Positions 26,039 to 41,451 of a stretch of DNA of 64,000 nucleotides are shown piece after piece (within the stretch, counting starts at the first letter, position 1; every line of letters begins with the position of its first letter). The notes under the pieces are model-generated. The model worked only from the letters and a program-made list of their open reading frames with translations, had not been told where the DNA came from and searched no databases. The DNA is from Felis catus (lineage: Eukaryota): assembly GCF_018350175.1 (NCBI RefSeq), contig NC_058368.1, positions 219,668,001-219,732,000 on the forward strand, written 5' to 3'. Position numbers and translations under genes: made by a program.

Positions 26039-29000
26039 TATACTATACGTTTTAAAGAAAATTAAAAGTAACTTCATAGAATAAGGAAATTAGTTGGGAA
26101 AAATTAAAATATGCATCATATGCTAAGGAGAAAAATACAATAAAACCCAAAATATATGTCATATTCTAAGGAGAGAAACACAATATGCAAAATAACTCCA
26201 TCCGATAAAACCTTATTTCTTCTTTCTCACAGAAGCAGCTGTGTGGCTGTCATATAACTGTGCTGTTTGAAAGACAAAATGCATAATTAGTGGTCATTAA
26301 GACACTAAGGTTACTTTCTGCATGTGTCAGTCTTCTCCATGTGCCCCATGCAAGAGATTTCTTGACTAACAGCAAGAACAGAAATGTTATATTTGAGGGC
26401 CATGAAAGACTGTGTCCAATCATAATTTAGAGTGGATTTACTTCAAAGTTCTTAATTACAGGTCACTTCCGCGGTGCGACAGATGGTAGAATGGTAAAGT
26501 GGATAACAAGACAGAAAGACAGGTGGCAGAGATGCTGAGGGAATTTCTTCTAAGACCGTGTCGGTCTGGGCATTTTAGCGACATTGGGACTCCTGGGGCG
26601 AGATCATGGGTGGAGTCAGTGCTGATCTGAAATCATTTAAAGAATTGATAATTGCCTTCAGTGAAACAGTCAGCTCTTTTAATTATCACCTTGAAAGAGC
26701 ATACTAACAGTACATCGAATTGTTTTGTGAAAACAAAAGAGTATGCCTCCTGGCCTTTAAATGTTTATTTAGGAATAAGCAAGTTAAATTATATGTCTAG
26801 TGAACCAAAAATAAGCAAATAAAGCAACATATTTGGAAAAATAAATTTTTGTTAGGAAGGTTTTCAAGACATCCACAAGTCCCAACATGTTTTTAAAAAA
26901 AAATTTGTAGAAAAATGCCTCATAGATCTCTTTTAAATCCCCCTCTGTGGGCATGACTATCTTCGGAGATAAAAGGAAGAGGATAGAGGCTGGGATGTTC
27001 TGCTAACCTTGAACAGGGAAGAACAGTGTCTCCACCGGGAACTGGCTATGGCTCATTTTAAAGGGCAAGAATTGGGTGGAAAGCTGCCTGGAGCAAAAGC
27101 AGTGCCAGCATCGAGAGCAAAAACACAAGACACTCCTGTTGGGATCAGTCAATAAATACTTATTCTATGGGTATTTTCATAAATCTCACATTTGTCTTAC
27201 TTGCTGTAGCAAATTAGAGTTACATATACTAACCATGCCTAAATCTTTGAAAACAAACCATTGCCTGGCATGATTTAGGAACTTTGATGCTCCAAACTCC
27301 ACAAGAATAGCACTACACATTTCAGCACAGTAGTATTGCATGAACACAAACTTAGAGATTGTGTAGTAATTTTGTGTTGTAGAAATAAGGATGTTGACCC
27401 TTTGACATGTCCACTTTTATTTAAAACTGTGACTCTCCTTTCAAAGCAATGAGTGGAATTATTTTTTTACGATAACAATAATAATAATAACAACAAAGTG
27501 TGTTCACAAGTTCATAATAAAAGTAATCAAGAATTATTTGGATATTATATTACTAAAGGTGATGTGATTAGTTATAGAAAGTAAGCAAATTAGATGGACT
27601 AAATCAATAGCTTTACAAGGACAGGAAAAAATATCTCCACTTTCTACTCTAGACATACATTAAATTAATTTTGAAATAAACGATAGCATTGTTGTATTTT
27701 CATTCTTGAGTAATAGTCACTTAAGAAAAATACAGGTAAAAGGATGGGAAAACATTTCCCTTTATTTATTTAGGAAGAAATATTGCCTATTCCTTGTGGT
27801 TTATTGCTAACACCTGCTATATAGGATATTTAAGGACTTAGTAAGGACCAATCAAAGGGCTAAAAAAAGTACCTTGGCAAACTACAGTGCAAATGATCTT
27901 TTAAACACAATATAATAATTTCTTTAATATTCAAATTTAAAATAATGCAAATTTCATTGAATACATTAGAATATGGCTAACTTGAAGCAGCATCCTAACA
28001 TTATTACCTTGGAAAAGTTCAAGAAATTAATAGAGATTTATATATAATTTTGCATGTATCTCACAGTTTCTATTTTATTAAGATATCATAAAATTTCTAA
28101 TAAGTTAAAAGCATCTAATAATATAAATGCAGAACTTTTGAAAGAGAATCACTAATCACTTCTCAAAATTAAAGTTAAAATTTTAATAGATATTTCCTTA
28201 TTAGTTTATTAATCTACCTAGAAAACCTCTATTACAGAAAAATGTCATAAAAAGCCATAGAAATAACAACCTATAGTTGTTATTGTAGCCCAGGAGAAAC
28301 ATTCAACTGGTCTGCACTGGTTAAGATCCATTTTAAGAGTGGTCTCTATTCAGATTGGCCTGTATTTCTTGGATGGTTATTAAATATTCTGAATATCTCT
28401 GCTGAATTTGAATGTTACCTTGAAATGGTAGAGATGTTTTCATCTGCATTTTATGTTGAATTCAAATGTGTAAGCTTCCATGTCCTGCTAATGCAAGAAG
28501 ATACATACCAGGACTGTGAATGAATTTTTACTATGATCTTTTAATGGCACAATTCTCTTTACCACATAAGGAGATGAAACTAACACAAGCTTATTCAGAA
28601 AGGCATTCCCTGTTTTATGTCATAGAGGTCTCTGAGTTATTCTAGGTCTATAAGAAGGCATGAGTAAAAACACTGTATTTGAAGTTAGAACAGCACTTTC
28701 TTCTAGTTGGATAGTTTTCTTTCTACCCAGAGAAAAGTTTCAGTGTCAATAAAGCTCACCAAGGTTTTCTTCAAGAAGTAGCTTACACATTCCCCACAAC
28801 TTGGGGAAATATTTGGCTGAGGTATTGTAATTGTAAGTCATCACCCTTGACAAAACAATTCAATTTGCATAATTTCCAGAGTATTCATTCTCTTTACTCT
28901 TATTACAATTTAGTAGTATCTCTGTGGGGGAGGGGGGGTGGCATAGATGCTTGGTTGGTTCTCCAGCAAAAAAGTTTGAGGCCAAGGATATCCAAATTTC

Positions 29001-29054
29001 TTTGATTAGCTGAGTTAGTTTCTGTTGACTCTTTAAATAATAAAGAGCATCAAG

Positions 29055-29500
29055 TATTATGGGCTGAATTGTATTCCTTCAAAAAAATATGTTGAAGCCC
29101 TATCTAACTACCTCTCAGAATGTGATTTTATTTTGAAATAGGGTCATTACAGATGTAACTGGCTAAAATGATTACCCGAATAAGGTGGGCCCCTAATCTA
29201 GCAAGGTTAGCGTCTTATAAGAAGATGGCCGAGTGAAGTAAGAGAAACACTGGGAGTATGTCCTGTGATAATAAATTCAGAGATTTAAGTTATACAGCTA
29301 CAAGGAATACCAAATGTTGCTAGCAAATCCCCAGAAGCTAGAAAAGACTAAGGAGTCCCTACAGATTTCAGAGTGAGCATGGCCCTTCCAATATCATAAT
29401 TTCAGGCTTCGAGCCTCCAAAACTGTGAGACAATACATTTATGTTTTTTAAGCCACTTAGTTTGTGGTATGTTGGGATAGCAGCCCCAGGAAACTAATAT
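29055..29500 (+). mobile_element. MaLR solo LTR (MLT1B/C-like)
   Basis: tattatgggctgaattgt...cctctcagaatgtga...gaaatagggtc...aagccacttagtttgtggta...gcagccccaggaaactaata. Confidence 0.85.
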
Positions 29501-30215
29501 TTCTGGCTAATAAAATGTTCACTTAATTAAAACCAAGGTTAAGATATTATATGTTATACTAGTTATATTAGAAAAATTGCTTTCTGTATTCGCTCCTGTT
29601 CCATAATGATAAAAACACACATGTGGAATACAATATATGTGTCCTCCTTTTTCTATAATGTTTGTGTGTTGGTCTTTAAAATGCCCGAATTCATGTTCCT
29701 ACATGAAGGGATCACAAAAACAAAACACGTTCACTAAAATGCTTCAAATCGTGACTTGCTTTGTGAGGAAGCCATTTCTCTCATTCTTAGACTGATGTAA
29801 GAGCAAATCAGTTAAAGAGTTATATCTGAAGTGGTCTACCCACAAAGTATTTCTGGTAATGAAAACCAACAATAGTTCAAGGTAGCTAACTCCTTGAGTT
29901 TTCAATAAAGTTGCCTATCACCTATGAGGTCCTTATTAAACGTTTGTTGAATATCTGATTGAATTAAAATATGAATGCAGGTAAAACAAAGAATAACAAT
30001 AAGTAGTAATGAAAGTGTGTTCAATATATGTTTGCTTTTATTAAATATAGAAAGAAACTATTCATATGGTGGTATTATCTGCTTCTCAAGTAATAGAATA
30101 GAGCTTGGGATATAAAGAAGACCTTACTATATTCATTTTCTTTCGCCTCTAATTTTACCATTGCAGTTATATGTTTGGAGAGGGAAACCTTGATCATCTT
30201 CACATTGTTGTAGCG

Positions 30216-30398
30216 TTTTTTTTAATGTTTATTTACTTTGAGAGAGAGAGAGAGATGCACAGAGACAGAGGGAATCCCAAGCAGGCTCTGTTGTCAGTGC
30301 AAAGCCTGACACGGGGCTAGATCCCACAAAACATGCAATCATGACATTGGCTGAAATCAAGAGTCTGAGGCTTAACCAATTGAGCCACCCTGGCACCC
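30216..30398 (-). mobile_element. Can-SINE
   Basis: Typical body; degenerate TSD gtt(g/c)tagc. Confidence 0.92.
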
Positions 30399-33300
30399 CT
30401 GTTCTAGCATTTTTATGTCAAGAATGCTCGTGGTTAGGAGATACCAAATACTAAGTCTTTAATAGCATCATCCTTAGTTTGGAAATAAAATTTACCTCTA
30501 CACTTGACTCACAAGTCAGATCATAAGATAATTTGCCCAGAGAGTTCTAAATCAGTGCCTCATAGTGGAATGATCCTGTTAATTAGGATTATATATGAAT
30601 GGAGCTCTGGAAAAGCTATGCACATTTAGGTTCTTTTGCTGATGTATCAGTTGTTGGTAATATAGGCTCTGTAGACACTGAAAGATTTCCAATTTAAAGT
30701 CAGGCAACTAAAAGGATTTCAGGCAAGTTTTGAGGGAACTATGATTGTTACAACACATTGATATCTATTTCATTAGGAAGCTTATTCAACATTTTGAGAA
30801 ATAAGTTTGCATAATTTGTGAGCATTTTCAGAGAACATCTCTCTGGCATTCAAGAAAATTGATATGATTTATCCTTTTTGCTTCAGTCAAAACCATAGTT
30901 AGACTTCATAGAAAAGAACCTAAAAGATTGGAGAGGATATATATGTATACAATAATTGAAACTCTTTAGTACAATATACCAAGTAAGAATTAATTTTTAC
31001 CATACATTTATGTCCAGGAAACCCAATAAAATGAAAAAATATAGATTTTAGTTTTTAAAGTTTCAGTTAGATTAATCTGTCACACTTGGTGGAGTAGCTA
31101 TCACTAAGGTAAGTGAAAGCTCTTGCATTGCCTGGCAGAAAGTGCCATTTTGTGTTACCAGTCGAAGGCACTCTCTTGCATGTCCCTCAAACTACACTTT
31201 TGTTCTTTATTCTGTTTCTCAATGCATTTAAACTTTGAGATTTTTTTTAGCTTTTTCTAACCAGGAAAAGTTTCTCCTTCTTGCTTTTGCATATAAGTAT
31301 ATATTTTATGTTTTTATTATTTATCAATGTCATTTCATAAATGTATTGGGGTTCATGCCCAAAGAAGAGACGGTATGTAGTCAGCTCACAATTTGAAACT
31401 AGTAATCTGTTCGAAGGTTGAGTTCCAGTATTTGATAAAAGCCATAAACTTTGTCTGGATTGGAAACAGCACGTATATACTAAAACCAATTTTTAAGCCA
31501 CTCCCTGACCCTGTCATTCCAGAGACATCATGGCTCTATCCCTTGGTATTTCAAAACACACTCCAGGCTGACTCAGTGGAAGTGTGCGCCAAAGTACAAA
31601 GTGATATATCTGAATTTCGTATAGCACTTAAGGTCCATCGATTTAATCTTCAACCACAAAGAGAGAAGTTACTGATTACAAAAATTCTATTCTTTTTATA
31701 GCTAGTAGACTTAATTATTGACATAAATGCTTTTCAGAGAATCATGAACTTTTCTGACCAATTTAAAGCAAATATGTTTTGTGCTTTTGAAGAAACCAGA
31801 CAAAATAATTTCTTCAGCTAATGAAATCAGATCAGTTGCCCTAATACACACCTCAGGCAGAGGATGTGGAACTAGCTGAGTTTTTAGAAGGTGATGTGCT
31901 ACCAGGTCAGAATACATTTGTAGGTCAACTTTGAATGATAACTTGCCCCCTCAGGTTACTGGAATCTTACATTTTTCCTTGTCAAAGCTCTTGATAAATT
32001 GGGAAGCAGTAAAGCACCTTGCACTTAAACACTTTTCACGTCTACTATCTTTCCTTCTGTGTGAGACGAGTCAAGTTGTCAGGCACAGATATAAACAGAC
32101 TTTCTTTATGTAATGATTTCTATGGTCCTAAAAATAGTAAACCTCCCTGCATGCCAGTATGTGAAGAAGGAACAACAATTTTCATTTTGAACCAGTGTCA
32201 AAGTTAATATTAACTGAACTTAAAGACACCTAACAAGGAGCCACTGATACCTGTTTTGGGGAAATCGGCACAAACGTTCTGGATGTGTAATTCATAAACC
32301 AGGAACTAGGCTGTTTCAAAAAGTTCCCAGATATGAACTGATAACTGAGATTTGTTCCAGCACCGTGATGCACTTGGGTGGTTAGTAAGTAATGTGGTCA
32401 TATAATTTGTCATATACACCTGCGCACTTTGGAGCGAATGGGGGCATTATTAATTGCACAGGAAAACAACCATAACAGAAGTGTTTTGGGCCAGGTAGAA
32501 TGTATGGTGACCCAGTTTATGACTTCATGCACAGTGCCAGTAGCAAGAGGGCTCCGATGAGTTTTGTTTCAACAGACAGAACCATAAGGTCTTTAAAAAT
32601 ATACCTCAGATCAAGAGTTTCAGGTCACAGTGATGTTTCAAAATGTGATCCTTTACAGATTAATTTGGATGAAGTTGGCTACTCAGAATATACATGACCA
32701 AATGCTACTTCCTTAGTTTCTTCTTGGACCCATTTGGTGTGATCCAATAGTGTAAAAAGTGTGTTTGTGTGTGTGCTCACACACACGTATGTCAATTAGT
32801 AGATACATATACAATTATACACAGAGATTATCTTGTTCTGAAGCTACTTGACTAATAAGAAAATAAAACCCCAGATCCACTAATTTAACTAATTGACCTA
32901 TGTGGTAAACACACTTAAAAATCACTTAATAGATAACTTTGTTGTAGTGCCATAAAATTTGGGATTTTTTAAGAAAATTAATATCGTTACAAGTAAGTTA
33001 TTAAGTAATATAAAAAAAAATGAATACAAATTTGCTAAACTTGATTTTATCATAATATTTATATTTAAGCAAGCGACATAATGTATGATGAATGTTCTTT
33101 CCAGATGTTACACATATGTACAAATTCTAATACATACTAAACATAAATTGTAGATGAAACTATCTTTTATCACCCATTAAAAAACTTAAAAAGAAAAAAA
33201 AAGCCTCACCTGAGAAGTTGGTTAAAATTCTATGACATTTTGTATAGACACTCCTGGTTAAGAGCCAGGAGGCTCACTCTTAGATACATTGAAATTTAAC

Positions 33301-36300
33301 ATTGCTTTTAGTCTAAACCTATCATAATTTCATAGGCTAGATGTCTGGAAAAGAACCCACCTAAAACTATCTTTACCTTCTTTTATAGTGCAATAATTAT
33401 TCTTCCTGTTCAGAACACATTTTAGTAAGGTGGAGGTCAATCTAACAGTGACGATTTTTATTTTGTAACTGTAGGTGCAAATTATAATATATATAATATA
33501 TTACACATATATTGTATATAATATAATACATGATATATTTTTAAACTATCTATGAAACATGTTTATATTTTATAGGTCAACATAGTGTTCTCTGTTGTCT
33601 CAACCTATAACTGTGTAACAAAAATCTTGAGATAAAATCTATTACTATCAGATGCAGATTAATCAACACCCAAAGTACAATTTATTTACTTTTCAAAAAT
33701 AAATTGGTATTTTGTGTACAAATTTGTATTAAAGTTACTTAACCCAATTTTTAATTTTTTATCTTCATTGTTTTAACAGGAAGCTCAGCTTATGTATAAT
33801 GCTTTCTTTCATTTCAGGCTTACGTGTTTTAAATTTTAATTATGCATTTTCCCTTTTTACAACCTGTATTATAGTCTAATTAAGTTTGTTTAGAAAAGCA
33901 ACAATCATTTAATAAATGCCAATGGTTTTAGTTTATCTTTGCATAAGTAGGTTAATTAAAGAAATTATTGTTTTTTTCTTTTTGTTTTCTTTTCTACAAT
34001 GTAAAAAATGCATCCTGATACAAGGTGCAAAATTAGAATAAGATAGATTACAGACTGAAATGGATTGTAAATCAACTTCTGTACTGTGAATATTTTATAG
34101 CAGGCATTTGCAAACTAAAAAATCTGACATTTATATAGCAATGCATGCATAATTTTCCCCTTATATGTCATTTCCCTGAGATGAAAGTAATTTTAAAATG
34201 CAAGGTCAAAGAAATGATTACCCCAACAAATAATAATAGAAGTTAAGGACAAATATCAGGAAGCAATTTGGCATTTTTCTATTCCATGGAGCATTTAATA
34301 TCTAATGTACACTTTCCGATAAGACCAGGGATGGTGAGGTAGAAAATCCTTGCTGTAATATGGAGATAACTTCAAGGTAGATAAATTGTTCCATTGATTT
34401 AATGGCTGTTATTGTTCCCTGGCCAAAACACAGTTGGAGCTGTTCTTGTGGGACCAGAGTATCTCCTATATCTGATAAATGGTATGACCAGGACAACCTC
34501 AGTCTCAGCAGGAAAGACGCTGAACAAATTGTCAGCATGATTTACATACAAGTTGTCAACAGCATCTGGGTTGCTCTCTGAAAGAATGATGGCTAACAGA
34601 TGTTCTGGGAAATGCTACCATCTGCCCTTTCTCAAAATACATCCCCTGTGAAACAATGCATTTGAATGGATGCCACAGAGATACCTTTCTTTTGAAGAAC
34701 TTAACCGTCCTCAATATTTCAACGTTACTTGCGGCCGTCACAGAAGCAAATGGTCTTAAGAGTGTAAATGCAATCAGGCTAAGTAAGCAGACAGGTCCTT
34801 GAAAAGGTCTTTAAGTTTAGTCACATAGTTTGGAAAAATAATGGTTGATGACTCTAGTGAGTATACCAGAAAAATTCCGTTGGGAGGTCAGGAACTCCTT
34901 TCGTGCATATCGTTTAGGTGCTGTCACACTAGTTAGTGGTTTGTTTAAAATCTACAGTGATTTCATATTTTAAAACTAATTACTCTACAATTGCAATAAT
35001 ATAAATACAAAAATCAAAACATATAATTCAATAAATTGACACCAGTATTCACCTGTTCTAGAGATATAAATACTCTCAGCAATGTATCAGTATGTTGAAG
35101 GTTAAGCGTGCCACAGTTGATCAGTATTAGCAATAGTAACAGTCAAAGCTCTCAAGAGTGAAAAAAATATTTAGCCACTTTCTCTTTGCTTTTCTCCCCA
35201 GTATGAATTATTTATTTAAGCAAAGAGTTTCTTCCTTCTGTAAAGATGGTGATAAGATTTGTGCTTGCTGGACCTGGCATCCTAAATACAGTGAAAAACT
35301 CAGAATTCAACCATATTTAAACAATCTACTAAACAGTTTTATATACTGAATTATTAATAAAATGTTATTTTTAAACATACAATTACCGCAAAAAGCATTC
35401 ATAAGATTTTCTTCCTTTTCAGGATTTGTTGTGTTTTAAATTTTAATGTATAAACTCCTTATGCATATGATGAGAATACATTTATTAAAAATAAGATAAT
35501 AGAGGTTAATCTTGACAGGTGTTTAGCGACATATATAACTACATTGATATAGACTTATTATATGATGCCTAATTAATGTAAATTTTTGAAATGATAATCT
35601 TGAGGAGTTTTAAGAACCAAATAAAATAGCTTTCAAATTATGACTATTTATGTTGTATATTTTTTCACATTTATATATGTCAAAATTTTCCTATCAGTTT
35701 GTTAGAGATGACAATTTTATGGTAACGAGAATATAAAATTAATGAAAGTAATTTAATCTTAATATCACTCAGAATAAGAAGAAATACAGATATTTTGCAA
35801 TTGAATATGACTTGTAAGAAGGGAAGACTAGCCTAGGAGTGAAATCATCTACTCTCAGATTATACAGTGTCTTTATATGGCAAAGTTTTAAAAATGACAC
35901 ACATTCTCTCACTCTCTGTCTCTCTGTCTCTCTGTCTCTCTGTCTCTCTCATTCTCTCTCAGAAGAACAATAGCCAGTTTGTATGTGGGAAAATACATTT
36001 AAACCACTGAAATCTATCCCTAGCTAATTCTCTTTCATATTGGAATTCCAAAAAGAATATTTTATCTTTTTCACTTTTATCTTTTCATCTCATTTTATCT
36101 TCTCGTCACCATCACCTGTGACAAAATCAGAGAAGGAATTACAGTATTGAATTATGGCAGATTAAAAGGAAGGGATTAAGTTTGCTGACCTCTTTTTTTT
36201 TAACTAAGGTTTTAGAAAAACACAAAACACCAGAGAATTACTTATATTGACTTAAATTGTCATAATTTCATCCAGTTCAGTTGAGCAAACACTGAGGAGG

Positions 36301-36869
36301 CAATGAGTAGTCCTGTGTGTTAAGGAGGACACAAGTATAAAGATGCAATTGTTCACAGACGGTGGGATAGTGAGACAAACATTATACGGAAATCCACTGT
36401 GGATGCCCTAAAATTTATATTAGATGAACTCATGTGTCAATTAACATAGTTTGCTTTTGTCTGCCTTTATCAGCAACAGAGCTAAGCACATCATGACCAT
36501 TTATCTATGAAAAACAAATAAATGTAGCTAATTAGCCCATTTTCTCTCAGCCCCAAAACAAAACAGACCTGTTTTTAAAGATAAAATATATCATGAAAAC
36601 TGTCAGAAAGACATAAAGAAAGAATAGGTCCATAAGAGTCATTATACATGGAATATAGTCCATAAATAAAGGGATCAGATTCCATTATAACTCATACCTT
36701 GATGATCCTTAAAAGTTGATCAGCAACAGTTTCTTTGGTATAAATAGCTTTCAAGTGGGCTTGATTACACAGAACTAACCATAGATATAAATGATTCTAT
36801 ATAGTACAAAGTTATAGTCTCTAATAGAGGTCAAGGATGGATGCCCTTTTATTGGAGATTACATGCAAG

Positions 36870-37357
36870 GTATAGGAGATTGATTGCAATAATGGCCAAC
36901 AATCTTCATCCTTCTCCCTTATATCTATGTTTTTTTGCCATGTGACTTCACAATTTCTCTCACTAAAGAGACTGAATCTATTCCCCTACCCCTGAATTCT
37001 GAGTTCAGGTATATAACTCACTTAGGCCAACAGGACATTAGAATATGTGATCTATGTGGAGGCTTGGAAAAAGTGTTTGTTTCCTTTTTCTCTCTTATCT
37101 CCTTGGAATGACATTAGGATATACTCACATTTGTCTCCTTGAAACAAGTCTATTTTAGGTAATCTGAAAGCCAGCTAATCCACAGGCATGTGAGTGAATT
37201 CTACAAGATCAGTAGACCAAAGGTGTATGAGCTAGCCCATTTGAAATCAATGGAATACCCAGATGTGTGACTTAAATAAATGTTTGACAACTCATGTCAC
37301 GAAGGTTTTGTGATCGCTTTCTATGCAGCACGACTATAGTTGTGAATAACTGATAAA
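36870..37357 (+). mobile_element. Old MaLR LTR (MLT1F-I group)
   Basis: tgccatgtgacttcaca...tctattcccctacccctgaattctg...ggccaacagg...ctatgcagca...taactgata. Confidence 0.65.
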
Positions 37358-37434
37358 CATATGCATAGGTTATTTCTGTTTGTTTTGTTTTTGACCAGCA
37401 TAGTTTTTTTTTTTTTTTTTAAGATGTGATTTGA

Positions 37435-37648
37435 GGGGCGCCTGGGTGGCGCAGTCGGTTAAGCGTCCGACTTCAGCCAGGTCACGATCTCGCGGTCCGG
37501 GAGTTCGAGCCCCGCGTCAGGCTCTGGGCTGATGGCTCGGAGCCTGGAGCCTGTTTCCGATTCTGTGTCTCCCTCTCTCTCTGCCCCTCCCCGGTTCATA
37601 CTCTGTCTCTCTCTGTCCCAAAAATAAATAAACGTTGAAATAAATAAA
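37435..37648 (+). mobile_element. Young felid Can-SINE
   Basis: A box tggcgcagtcgg and B box gttcgagcc; perfect 15-bp TSD taagatgtgatttga at 37420-37434 and 37649-37663. Confidence 0.96.
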
Positions 37649-40600
37649 TAAGATGTGATTTGAATGACTGTCCTTAGAAAGATGAGTTTTTCAATTAACT
37701 GAAGAGTCAATCATATATTATTGTTGTGAACCTGGAACAAAACACACATTTATGTTATTTGCTTGAATTTTATAGGGTTTTACTTTTATAGCCCTTGATC
37801 TTTGAGGATATTTATAGAATATTTATTCTCTTGATATAGTAAAGCACTATGTCAGTGCTTTACATAGACTTTGATTTTACAAATGTATTTATCTATGAGC
37901 TAAAAAATCTCTGGGTTAACTGCCAAAAAAAAATATTTCTAGAATAGTTATTCAAATGCAGTTCAGTCTGTAGAGATGAACATTGTTGACCTTTATTGCA
38001 GGATTTCCTAATTGTCAGGACCAATGTCATAGAGAACTCAGAGAAAGCACAATATAACCTTTTAAATGGTAAAGAAATTAAAGAAAAAGAAAACAAGGAA
38101 AACCTGTATCTGGCTGTAATAGTATTGAACCATGTTTTATGATTAATTTAGTTTTCAGTCATCAAAAATATAGTTCTGAGATTAATTTATTCTCATTTTT
38201 CTTTGAAAATGATAATGAAAGACAAGGTAATTTTAATGACTTGTATTTAGAGGTAGTTAAAATTATTTCCTTTCCTTCATTAATATTTTGATTAGTTTCG
38301 TCTAAAATGTCACAGTAGATAATATACCAAATTAACAGATACTCATAAACATACTGCATAGTGCAATTACTTCTGTTTTGTGAAGCCCACTACAAATAGC
38401 TCCTTTTCTGAGTCTTTCCAGGAACTACACTAAGCTTTATTGGTTCTTTTTTGTTCTTTTTTCTCCCCCATTCTTCTTTCATTTGGAATATATATCTATA
38501 TACTGAGTACATGTTATGGGCTTTAACAATGCCAAGTTTTAGATGTTCCCTGCCTACAGGGAGCTATTAGTCTGGTTAGGAGGTGGACTTTTACACAAAT
38601 TAACTCCTACAAGCTTTATCTAAGCCATTCATTTTATACTAAGACTAAGCAATCTTGCATTGCTGTTATTATCAACTCACCAAGGTTAGTGACTGTGCTT
38701 CAGATCTCTCTGCTTTTGTATACCACAATTCTGCTGTTCGGTTAATTCCAGGGTCTCAGGTCTGTGCATGACACACAGTAGTTCCCTTGTACGCAGTTCT
38801 GGAATCCTGAGTTTACTATTGCTGGACCCTTTGGTTTCCTCTGAAATTGGGCAAATGCTCTGCCTTTCTGCTGTCTTCCCTGGGGTCTTCTCATGAGCAG
38901 CAGGAATTCATTTGGCCTGGAAAAGTGTCCTTTAGATTGTGGAAGAGGTAGCATGTAAGGGGACAACTTCCAAACACTGGGGAAAGGGAGCTAGTGGATA
39001 AATATTACAGGGAAACCATCCTAGAATGCATTCTGTCTTCTCAAAAAATCCAGGAGAACCCAAACCTGTGCTTCCAACAGCAACTACACAGTAAACACTC
39101 TCCTAAACTGCCTTTTCCTCCTTCTCTACCCACTCTCCCTGATCTGTTGCTCCACATTTCTGGGTTGACCTCTACTTCCTTAAACCCCACTTTTTCTCTT
39201 CTCTTAGGAAAAATCAACTAAGACTTCCCTTAACAAATACTCATCAATAAATAAATGGGTTCCCTTTTCGTAGCAACATATTTTACAAAGGAGCTAAGTA
39301 AATGTTCTCAAATGATAATGACACTTGTCACATTCAAAACCTGGAGTTCCATAAGTCCATGATTGGTTGGTTAATTTTTTAGGTGAAAAATTTTATATGA
39401 AGCCTGAAGATCGGTGGAGTCCATTGTCTCTGATTATCAAAACAACTCTCATGAATTCCATATTCCTGTTATGTAAAGTAAACATTTTTAGATACTGCCA
39501 GATAATTAACAAAAACTATGTGCTTGAACCAAGTGAGGATCTGAAATGGAAAAATAAATTTCACATCAAAGATTTAGAAGTTAATGACTCCTAATCCTTG
39601 CCAGGTGAGAAATAGCTAGTGGGACCTACTTCTTTCTCTTATTATGAATTTCTAAAGTAATTTTTTTCAAATGCTATAACAATAAAGAGAATAAATTACA
39701 TATGGCTCTTTAAAATTCAAGTGACCATACTAATAGCATTCTGAGTTATGCTGTTATTACTTACAGGAAATGTGGCTCTGGGTAAAAGTGATCTTCACTT
39801 ATCTCTTGCCGAGTACTGAGAGCTATTGTTCTTATTACTTAAAAATAGTGAAAATAACTTCAATAGATACTTCAAATAGTTGTCTTAAAAAGAGATATAA
39901 CAAACTTTAGTTAGATGTGATTTTTTTAAAAGTTAGTTTCAGTGTATATTTTTGCGTTTCCCATTTCTCCATACTTGCTACAGGTACAGTCTTTTATTGT
40001 GCAGAAAATGAGTTTTTAAAGATTTCCACTCTTGCAGTATTTCAGAGGAGTTATAATCAAATGTTTGGATCATCATCAAGGCCTGTTTTATTGCATGGAT
40101 TATAATTTAATACAATATTCACAAAAAATAAATTATTAATTAAGTATTCCCCTTTATATAACTCAGTGTGGTAATATTCACTTTTATTTTTTTAATGATT
40201 ATATTCATTTCTCAATGTCCCTTCATCATTGGTATATTTCTATAAGTTCAAAGCATTTTTACTTATAATTTTTCTAAACATCCTTGTTCTTTGATTATAC
40301 ATAAATTATACACAATGCTTATTGAAATGTTTGAATCTCATCATATATTAAGTATAAATAAATAAAAATATTTATTTTACCAAAAAGAATGGTGATAAAA
40401 ATTTATAAATATCACCACTAAGTAGCTGAGTATTTTCTTTGTATTAAACATTGTGTGAGATATTTCTTAAGGAAAACCACAAAAATTTCCCAAACTGTAT
40501 TTCATGTTTAAATAATATATATAACAGTTTTTTTTACATGGGCATTATTTTCATTATCAAAAGATATAATTTTATATTCTCTACTCTTACATCACACATA

Positions 40601-41451
40601 TTTCTCATACTTCTAGAGTATATTTCTTGTTGCCATTTTACATGACTGTAGATCATTACCTACAGTTGAGGTATTATAAGTAGCTGTGTATTTTGAATAC
40701 AGAGTCTCATTTAAAATTTTTGTTAGAATATTTCATATATTTTTCATCTGTAAAATAAATTTGCAATGATGGATTTATAGAAATAGGCTTAATATGTAGA
40801 ATATATATTTCATGACACATTGGTGACCAAACTATTCTAATAGGAAGTTAAAAATATCATCAATCTATGAACATCAATTTTACTATGAATGCTCCAATAT
40901 ATATTTTCCTTCTTTTTTCCCAAGTATTATCTTCTCTAATTTATTAACACAAGTTTCAGTTTCTACAATGTTGAAATATTGTTTATATTTTTCAATTAAT
41001 AATACACCTTTAATTTCTCCCTTTTTTATTGAAGTGTAATCAATATACAATGTTGCTTTAGTTTCAGGTGCACGGCATAGTAATTTGAAGCTCTATACAT
41101 TACACTATGCTCACCACAAGTGAAGCTACTATCTGTCACCATAGAAAGCTGTGACAATATCTTTCTGTCTGCTGTAACTTTTGTCATTGTGACTTATTTA
41201 TTACAGAATTGGAAGTTTTTCTCTCACTCCCCTCCATGCATTTTGCCCATACCTCCACACTCTGCCCCTCTGGCAACTATCAGTTTTTTCTCTGTATTAT
41301 GGGTCTCTTTCTGCTTTTTGTTTGTTTTGTTTTTCAGATTTTACATATAAGTGAAATAATATGGCATTTGTCTTTCTATGTCTGACTTGTTTCACGTAGC
41401 ATAATACTCTCTAGGTCCATCCATGTTGTCTCAAATGACAAGATCTCACAT

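Noticed and set aside
28850..28875. Octamer atttgcat near aacaat (possible SOX-OCT element)
   Set aside because: Order and spacing do not match the canonical composite, and such motifs are expected by chance in AT-rich DNA.
37435..37530. tRNA-like A/B box sequences
   Set aside because: They are tRNA-derived SINE heads, not tRNA genes.
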